NCBI GenBank assembly: GCA_014238855.1
Contig: JABAAH010000006.1
Location: 4,804-68,803, forward strand
DNA length: 64,000 nt
Reading direction: 5' to 3'
Origin: Planctomycetota bacterium
GTDB taxonomy: Bacteria; Planctomycetota; Planctomycetia; Pirellulales; UBA1268
Part shown: positions 57,819 through 64,000 of the stretch, one piece after another
Position numbering within the stretch: the stretch's first letter is position 1
Layout of the letters: each line of letters opens with the position of its first letter
The notes under the pieces: model-generated
The model's database searches: none
What the model saw: only the letters and a program-made list of their open reading frames with translations
What the model was told of the DNA's origin: nothing
Made by a program: the position numbers and the translations under genes

Positions 57819-59144
57819 ATGAGTATTGAGTCAGAGCGAACTGTACTTGTTGGCGTCTACGTCAGTACACCAGTAAATCCAACAAACCCATTGGCGGAAC
57901 TTGCTGGTCTCGCAACCACAGCGGGCACAAACGTTGTGGCCGAATTGGTTCAGCATAGGCACGAGCCAGACCAGCGGACATATATTGGTCGGGGAAAGCT
58001 GCAAGAACTCTTGTCGGTAGTTGATCATTACGAGGCCGATGTTGTCATGTTCGATAATGATCTGTCTCCAGCTCAGATACGAAATCTGGAGCATGAGCTT
58101 GATTGCAAGGTACTGGATCGATCGGAGGTGATTCTCGACATATTTGCTGCGCGTGCGCAGACGTATGAGGCGAGGCTGGCGGTTGAGTTGGCTCAGCTAG
58201 AGTATTCACTGCCGAGACTCAAGCGAATGTGGACACACTTGTCGCGGCTTAAAATGGGCATTGGTATGCGTGGTCCTGGAGAGAAACAGCTGGAAGTCGA
58301 TAGGCGACTTGTCGAGAAGAGGATTCACGACCTAAAGCAGGAACTCTTAATAATTCATCGTCGCCGTGAACGGCAGGTTGCGGCAAGGCATGAGCAGCGA
58401 ACCGTTTCCCTCGTAGGTTATACGAATGCAGGGAAAAGCACTCTGCTGAATGCGCTTACTCACGCAGATGTGCTCGCAGAAGACAAACTCTTTGCTACGC
58501 TTGACACTCGGACGCGGCGGTGGAAGCTGCCGAGTTGGGGCCCAATTCTACTAAGTGATACTGTTGGTTTCATTCGTGATCTACCGCATCATCTGATTGC
58601 GAGTTTTAAGGCGACACTCGAAGAAACGCAGCAGGCCGATTTGTTGCTTCATGTAGCAGATGCCTCGAGCCCATTTGTTGAAAATCAGATAAAAGCAGTT
58701 AACGCGGTACTTGAAGAGTTGGGTGTTGATGTAAAAGATACGATACTTGTTTTGAATAAATTAGATGCGGTTACCGATCATATAAAGCGAGACAGGTTGT
58801 GCGAACGATATCCTTATGCTGTAGGCGTCTCTGCGAAGTCAGGGTATGGCCTTGAGAAACTTGCAGTATGTACCGGCGATGCTTTAGGAAGAAATTTTCG
58901 AGATATCGAGGTGGAAACAGATTGCGGGAATGGGCGGCTGCTCGCATGGCTCGCTAAAAATGGTGAGGTTTTGTCAAAGCAATTCGGCGATGAACGAATG
59001 ATAATCCACTGTCGCATGCCCCCGGCCATGCTTGGGCGTATCGATCCAGATGAGGCAACGGTGAGGGAGTATGGCGGCGGTGAAAAGCAGCCGGTCGCTT
59101 CACCACCTGTTCCGTTATCATTGCCAGTAACAGAAACGACATAG
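57819..59144 (+). CDS. hflX: GTPase HflX
   Basis: HflX N-terminal domain (IGRGKLQEL, FDNDLSPAQIRNLE), G1 LVGYTNAGKSTLLNALT, DTVGFI and NKLD. ATG 57819 is chosen, which avoids most of the overlap with rsgA. Confidence 0.9.
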   Translation: MSIESERTVLVGVYVSTPVNPTNPLAELAGLATTAGTNVVAELVQHRHEPDQRTYIGRGKLQELLSVVDHYEADVVMFDNDLSPAQIRNLEHELDCKVLDRSEVILDIFAARAQTYEARLAVELAQLEYSLPRLKRMWTHLSRLKMGIGMRGPGEKQLEVDRRLVEKRIHDLKQELLIIHRRRERQVAARHEQRTVSLVGYTNAGKSTLLNALTHADVLAEDKLFATLDTRTRRWKLPSWGPILLSDTVGFIRDLPHHLIASFKATLEETQQADLLLHVADASSPFVENQIKAVNAVLEELGVDVKDTILVLNKLDAVTDHIKRDRLCERYPYAVGVSAKSGYGLEKLAVCTGDALGRNFRDIEVETDCGNGRLLAWLAKNGEVLSKQFGDERMIIHCRMPPAMLGRIDPDEATVREYGGGEKQPVASPPVPLSLPVTETT

Positions 59145-59145
59145 C

Positions 59146-59967
59146 GTGTTGTTCACCAAAGTACGAAATCTTTCTGGTCAGCGAGGTATTCTGACCGGTG
59201 CAACCTCAGGTGTAGGGCAAGCACTTGCTCGGTCGCTTGCGCAACGAGGCGTGAGATTAGTCATCACAGGTCGCCGTGAAGCGAGGCTAATCGACCTCGC
59301 TTCTGAATATCCTGAGTTCCTTGTGCCTTTTTCTGGAGATATTACAGATAGTCTTTTCCAAGAGGAGTTGGTTCGCTATTCGACGGCAGAGTTAGGGGGT
59401 ATCGATTTGGTGATCACAGCAGCAGGGGCTGGGGCTGTTGGGCCTTTTTTTGAGTCATCAGTAGAAACGATGAGGAGCGTGTTTGAAATTGATTATTTCT
59501 CCCCGATTCAACTTATTCAAAAAACACTTCCGCAATTAATCAATGGCCGCAAGCCCGCTGTCGTATTTATTGGCTCAATACTTGGCAATCATCCGTTACC
59601 CTTGCATTCTGCATATGCAGCAGCAAAAGCGGCTCTCCATGGGTTTGCTGGGGCGGTTCGGCCTGAACTCGCGTCACTTGGCGTCGATGTGAATGTGGCG
59701 ATACTCGGCCCGACGCAATCTGAATTCTGGGATAATCTCATCAGTGGTGAACGAGCAAACTGGTCGCAAGGGCGTCCTTTATCCGCAGAGATTACAGCCG
59801 CAGCTATTATCTCAGGGCTTGAACGAGGCGTGCCGGTTGTGATTCCCGGATGGCGAGCGAAAAGCTATATTTTGTTGGCTCGTATTTTCCCATCACTGAT
59901 TGATCGGTTTGTTTACTGGAAACGACGATCGTTCACTGAGCATGAATCGTTCACTGAGCATGAGTAG
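59146..59967 (+). CDS. short-chain dehydrogenase/reductase (SDR) family oxidoreductase
   Basis: TGATSGVGQ cofactor motif and YAAAKAAL (YxxxK). GTG start. The C-terminal tail SFTEHESFTEHE is encoded by an 18-bp tandem duplication. Confidence 0.85.
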   Translation: MLFTKVRNLSGQRGILTGATSGVGQALARSLAQRGVRLVITGRREARLIDLASEYPEFLVPFSGDITDSLFQEELVRYSTAELGGIDLVITAAGAGAVGPFFESSVETMRSVFEIDYFSPIQLIQKTLPQLINGRKPAVVFIGSILGNHPLPLHSAYAAAKAALHGFAGAVRPELASLGVDVNVAILGPTQSEFWDNLISGERANWSQGRPLSAEITAAAIISGLERGVPVVIPGWRAKSYILLARIFPSLIDRFVYWKRRSFTEHESFTEHE

Positions 59968-60807
59968 CTCTTCTGCATCAAGCCATTGATCGTTCGTTTG
60001 AAAAAGCTGCTGGATAGCTGCTCGGTGAATTTTCATCTTCGTTACTCCAACACCGAAAGCTCCGTAGATGTATTTTGTACCATCGCGTCGGGCATCGTCA
60101 GTCGTATGAACACCATCGATTCCAGCCGGAGGTACAGCATTGAGATCAATGCATACCCTGTTCGAAATCGCTTGAGACAATTGTGTCGCAGTGAGCATTT
60201 TAATCCCTGATTTGCCGGCTGAAATGATTAGGTCTGCAGACCCGATCACCGCTCCAATCGTTTTTTCTGAGATGGCCTCCAAGTGTGCGTTCGGTATTTT
60301 TTTCTGAATAATTTGGCAGCATGTAGATGCACGCTTAAGAGATCGTGAGACAAGATGGACATGGACTCCTTCACTTGCGAGAAGGCGACTAACTCTTTGA
60401 CCCACTGGGCCAGTGCCACCCAAGACCAACGCTTGGCAGTTCTTCATCCCTTCGGAGGTTGCGAATGAGATATGTCGCTTCGCTGCAATGACAGCGGCGA
60501 CTGCGGTTGTGTTTGCTCCAGCAGGGTCAAGAAAAACACTTACACGAATAGAATCGAAAAAAGTTTCTGAGATTCGAGATGCGACATCCTCAACCTTTGA
60601 AATGTCTTTTCCGCCAAGAAAAATGCCTGTTGATGAGAGATGATTTGCTCCGCGAGTAAACATGGCTCCGTGAACGAGGGGCACAACATTATCCACCGAA
60701 ACGTTGCCATGTCGCAAAATCGTATCTGCACCAGCATCAATGGCAGTAATCGCATCGAATGAGCAGGGTTGCGGATCAACATCAAGTTGTAAAAGAATTT
60801 TCTTCAT
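59893..60807 (-). CDS. NAD(P)-dependent methylene-tetrahydromethanopterin dehydrogenase (MtdA/MtdB/MtdC family)
   Basis: 304 aa. MKKILLQLDVDPQPCSFD..AIDAGAD, then a Rossmann segment LVLGGTGPVGQRV. This matches my recollection of the Mtd family, and fae lies directly upstream on the same strand. Confidence 0.8.
   Translation of the reverse strand: MKKILLQLDVDPQPCSFDAITAIDAGADTILRHGNVSVDNVVPLVHGAMFTRGANHLSSTGIFLGGKDISKVEDVASRISETFFDSIRVSVFLDPAGANTTAVAAVIAAKRHISFATSEGMKNCQALVLGGTGPVGQRVSRLLASEGVHVHLVSRSLKRASTCCQIIQKKIPNAHLEAISEKTIGAVIGSADLIISAGKSGIKMLTATQLSQAISNRVCIDLNAVPPAGIDGVHTTDDARRDGTKYIYGAFGVGVTKMKIHRAAIQQLFQTNDQWLDAEELLMLSERFMLSERSSFPVNKPINQ
59929..59964. repeat. 18-bp tandem duplication (tcgttcactgagcatgaR x2)
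   Basis: Read directly. It lies inside the 75-nt overlap of the convergent SDR and Mtd ORFs. Confidence 0.9.
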
Positions 60808-60893
60808 AGAACAGAGAAGGCATGTCCATGCAGGTCACGTCGGCTGAGTTTTGGATGCCGAAGACGGTGGTCTTCAGGATTCTCTGTCTTAGC

Positions 60894-61388
60894 TTAGAAT
60901 CCTCGGAAGGGGTGCACGGCATCCTTCTCTGCAATCATTTCGTCTACCGAAGGTTTTCCTTGTATCGCATTTGAAATTGAGTCGAGTGTTGCTTGGTAGT
61001 TGTTGTCGTAGATTTTTTTATCATCTTCAGCGAGCCAATGAATAAATACACCACAAACAATAACAAGGTCTTCAGCTTGATCTTTTGGGATAACTCCACT
61101 TTCAACACTATCTGCAACAGCTTTGGCTACCGCTGCTTGTGCAGGCCCGAACATTTGAACAGCCTGTTTTGCGCCCTTTATGGTGACCTTCGTAATCATT
61201 ACGGTAGCAGGTTTGACTGCAAGATTGGGTGTAAGGACCGCAAGTAAATTTGAATGGCCTTCGCTCTGACGAGAGAGTGCATTTGCGAAAGCCGTGCCGA
61301 CAGGGCCGTCTTTGTTACCAATCAATAGATCGATATGAGCAACTTCATTGCCATCGCCGGCTAGAGCTTCACCTATAAACATCGACAT
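60894..61388 (-). CDS. fae: formaldehyde-activating enzyme
   Basis: ATG 61388 gives MSMFIGEALAGDGNEVAHIDLLIGNKDGPVG, the hallmark Fae N-terminus. The product is about 164 aa. The track start 61514 (GTG) is an over-extension. Confidence 0.9.
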   Translation of the reverse strand: MSMFIGEALAGDGNEVAHIDLLIGNKDGPVGTAFANALSRQSEGHSNLLAVLTPNLAVKPATVMITKVTIKGAKQAVQMFGPAQAAVAKAVADSVESGVIPKDQAEDLVIVCGVFIHWLAEDDKKIYDNNYQATLDSISNAIQGKPSVDEMIAEKDAVHPFRGF

Positions 61389-61556
61389 ATGGGCATCTCC
61401 TCGAAATACGGATAGAAAGTGCTGATGGTATTTATCAGGATAAAGTATCCTGCTAGGCGCAAAGGTATCGTATGAAGGCCTTGTCAGCAATGAGGTGAAG
61501 TGAACAAACTTCACGATAACGGTTCTTAGCCAAAAGTAGTCTGGGTTTCATGCCGG

Positions 61557-62738
61557 GTGTGTACAAATTTACTTGTCATCGGTGCTAGTGCTCGTGCGTT
61601 AGCGGCATCGGCGGGTCGTCTCGGGCTGGAAGTCAATGCTATTGACCTTTTCGGAGACCGAGACCTTCGGGATGTCTGTAGCCGAGTTGTGCAGGTTTCA
61701 GCAGATGCGTATCCAGATGATTTGCCAAGGATTGCAGCTGAATTTCCTGCTGGCCCAGTTGTTTATACTGGCGGTTTGGAAAGCCATGTAGAAGTAATCG
61801 AGGAATTGTCTCGTACGAGACTTCTTTTAGGGAATCGTCCAAGTGCCGTGAGGCAGGTTCGAGACCCTAGTTTTATTCAAGAAGTTGCCCGCAAGAATGG
61901 CTGTGCCTATCCGCTCACTTTTTTTACTTCGTCGAAGGTGCCAAGAGACGGTACATTTTTGAGAAAACCCACCGCGAGTATCGGTGGCCTAGGAATAGTG
62001 CCGTGGAAAGGTCTTCGTGAAGAAGCTGTTCAAGGCGGAGAATATTGGCAACAGTTTGTCTCAGGGGTTCCGATGTCTGCAAGTTTGCTAGTAACTCGAG
62101 AAGGGGTCGAGTTACTCGGTGTGTGCCGGCAGCTCATCGGGCTGAACTGGTGCTATGCAAAGCAGTTCAGGTTTTGTGGTGCTATCCAGTTGTCGACTTC
62201 TGTATTTCAGCAGCATGTATTAAATCAGTTGCATCATTTTGCAATCGATCTTTCTCAGAGAGTAAACCTTGCTGGGTTAGTGGGGATTGATTTCATTTTG
62301 CCTCGAACGCCAATACAGCCAAGGGGGCAATCGCCAGTTATTCTTGAGGTCAATCCAAGGCCCACAGCCACCATGGAGTTATTTGAACGGCGTACTGGTC
62401 GTAATCAGGCAGGAATACACCTCGCATCGTTAGGGTTTCAATTGCCACCAGAGGCAAACCTTCAGCAGAATAGGAGCAAAATGTATTGGGGGAAGGCTGT
62501 TCTATTTGCCAACAAGTCACTTGCTGTCTCTTCATCCGTTGAGCGACATCTTTTGAAGTGTTCAATACATATGCAGGGGTGGGAGTTTGGTTGGCCGATG
62601 GTTTCAGACTTGCCGTGTCCCGGAACCATTATTCAGCCTGGTCATCCCATCGTGAGCGTTTTTGGGGTCGCAGAGTCACCGCGTCGTGCACTTCGGATGT
62701 TACGATTGCGTGCTAGTGAAGTTATGCAAGGCCTGTGA
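61557..62738 (+). CDS. ATP-grasp protein of the H4MPT-cluster-associated carboligase type (COG2232-like)
   Basis: 393 aa. N-terminal LLVIGASARALAASAGRLGLEVNAIDLFGDRDL and a central ATP-grasp-like core. Divergent from fae. The subfamily is assigned from memory and context. Confidence 0.65.
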   Translation: MCTNLLVIGASARALAASAGRLGLEVNAIDLFGDRDLRDVCSRVVQVSADAYPDDLPRIAAEFPAGPVVYTGGLESHVEVIEELSRTRLLLGNRPSAVRQVRDPSFIQEVARKNGCAYPLTFFTSSKVPRDGTFLRKPTASIGGLGIVPWKGLREEAVQGGEYWQQFVSGVPMSASLLVTREGVELLGVCRQLIGLNWCYAKQFRFCGAIQLSTSVFQQHVLNQLHHFAIDLSQRVNLAGLVGIDFILPRTPIQPRGQSPVILEVNPRPTATMELFERRTGRNQAGIHLASLGFQLPPEANLQQNRSKMYWGKAVLFANKSLAVSSSVERHLLKCSIHMQGWEFGWPMVSDLPCPGTIIQPGHPIVSVFGVAESPRRALRMLRLRASEVMQGL

Positions 62739-62748
62739 GTGAATTTTT

Positions 62749-63207
62749 TTAGCCCGCAAGCCTTCTAGTTGTTTCATCTTCATTGGCTTCAGCAAGAAAA
62801 TGCATCAAGTAAGCATCTTCTGTGGTGTCTTGATAGAAGTCACGCAGGACACTTGTCGCGAGAAATCCTAGTGAACGGAAGAAAACTTGTGCCGGAAGAT
62901 TCGTTTCACGGATTTCAAGTACAACCCTATTGCGTCGTTGAGTGCTCAGTTTTGAGATTAATTTAGTGAGCATCGCTGTACCAATTCCAAGTCGCCTGTG
63001 TGTGCGAGCGACGGAAAAATTAAGTATGTGAACTTTTGTTCGATGAAGTTCATACAGCATGTATCCCACAACACCACCACTTATCTCGGCAATTACGCCG
63101 ATGCAATTTCGTTGCCTTAAGCATCTAGTAAAATCAGTATCGGCCCAAGGAAACTCAAAAGATTCTTCCTCAATGCAAAGAATTTCTGCCATATCTCGGC
63201 GTATCAT
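62749..63207 (-). CDS. GNAT N-acetyltransferase, RimI-like
   Basis: ATG 63207 gives MIRRDMAEILCIEEESFEFPW. Acetyl-CoA motif ARTHRRLGIGTAML (R/Q-x-x-G-x-G/A). About 152 aa. Confidence 0.75.
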   Translation of the reverse strand: MIRRDMAEILCIEEESFEFPWADTDFTRCLRQRNCIGVIAEISGGVVGYMLYELHRTKVHILNFSVARTHRRLGIGTAMLTKLISKLSTQRRNRVVLEIRETNLPAQVFFRSLGFLATSVLRDFYQDTTEDAYLMHFLAEANEDETTRRLAG

Positions 63208-63507
63208 CCAGCGAATGTGCACCTGGTCTACTGAGGAAAGCTGGTGGTCGTAGGTGGTTTTCACAAGATTTTCTCCAAGGATCTCTTTGGCTTGACTTAT
63301 AAAAATAGGTGTATTATGCGTGCGTTTTTGCAATTGGCTTGTAGCGACCAATTTTGATTCTGCGAGACGCTAGCAGGTCTTGTCGAGTCAACCAAGATGT
63401 TTCCTCCGCACGAAACTGCCTTGACCGCCTCGTAGAAAGTGCCTACTTTCCCTTGATCTGCCAGCCTTCGTTTTGTGTTGGCTTCCCCTCGATTGTTGGA
63501 TAATTGC

Positions 63508-64000
63508 ATGAATTGGTTGCACATGCTTTCGCAACGACTGCGAGGCCAAACGTATTGCCTGTTAGGTTCGTTGATTTTTCTTATCGTGTTTTCTGTAGGC
63601 TGTGCCGGCCCGGCAATTCGTAGTCAAAGCCCTGAGCTTGAAGCGTTAGCGGCTGTCGAATCTGCAACACAGCTAGTAGGTGACTACGCTTCTCCGTGGG
63701 GACTAAATAGTCAACGAATTGAAAGGGCTGCACTGATAACTGGCTTAGCCGACACTGGTAGTGATCCACCGCCTGATCCACGTCGGCAAATGCTTTTAGA
63801 GGATATGCAAGCAAGAGGAGTGGTCGATCCGAATCAATTATTGGCGTCGCGTTCCACCGCACTTGCCTGGGTCAGTGGAGTACTGCATCCGGGTATTCGG
63901 AAGGGCGATAGGTTCGATGTTATTGTGGAAGTACCTGGGAACCATGATACAACAAGCCTTTCAGGTGGTTGGCTTATGGAAGCCCGGCTTGTTGAGATGG
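63508..64000 (+). CDS. flgI: FlgI-like flagellar P-ring protein, 5' partial (runs off window)
   Basis: This ORF is open to the window end and is absent from the ORF track. ALITGLADTGSD, RRQMLLEDMQARGV, STALAWVSGVLHPGIRKGDRFDVIVEVPGNHDTTSLSGGWLMEARL parallels the FlgI pattern (GL.GTGD, FT.QS..NML...G, NVAAV.VTA.LPPF...G..IDV.VSS.GDA.SL.GG.LL.T.L). Confidence 0.6.
   Translation, partial: MNWLHMLSQRLRGQTYCLLGSLIFLIVFSVGCAGPAIRSQSPELEALAAVESATQLVGDYASPWGLNSQRIERAALITGLADTGSDPPPDPRRQMLLEDMQARGVVDPNQLLASRSTALAWVSGVLHPGIRKGDRFDVIVEVPGNHDTTSLSGGWLMEARLVEM

Noticed and set aside
63581-63862. 93-aa minus-strand ORF
   Set aside because: It is antisense to the FlgI-like ORF, which has a clear family pattern.

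Overview
This is a chromosomal, mostly housekeeping 64-kb window. Its gene content points to a Planctomycetota-type genome: Fae/Mtd tetrahydromethanopterin (H4MPT) C1 genes, futalosine-route menaquinone genes, sulfatase/DUF1080/ThuA-type genes and several small zinc-ribbon proteins. About 60 protein-coding genes are supportable. They include moaD-moaE-moaA, pyrD, trpS, acpS, topA, glgB, miaA, hisE, hisG, mqnA plus an MqnC/E radical SAM, aroA, uxaC, rsgA, hflX and fae. RNA genes are one tRNA with a CAT anticodon and a type-A RNase P RNA with an unusually long P3 stem. Other features are three clear hairpin terminators, several short 14-18 bp tandem-repeat arrays outside credible coding sequence, one multi-frameshift ThuA-like pseudogene and two possible homopolymer frameshifts. 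I saw no CRISPR array, transposase, integrase, prophage or recognisable defence genes. I cannot point to a convincing wholly novel multi-gene system. The best candidates for follow-up are hypotheses only: (1) a tightly packed minus-strand operon joining a polar amino-acid ABC importer to an ADP-ribosylglycohydrolase-fold protein with altered metal-ligand motifs and an OvoA-C-terminal-type methyltransferase; (2) an aldehyde dehydrogenase plus YdeP/FdhF-like molybdoenzyme pair that, together with the Moco genes and the Fae/Mtd module, could complete C1 oxidation; (3) convergent SDR and Mtd genes overlapping by 75 nt across an 18-bp tandem duplication. All calls come from reading motifs by eye. 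No database search was run.
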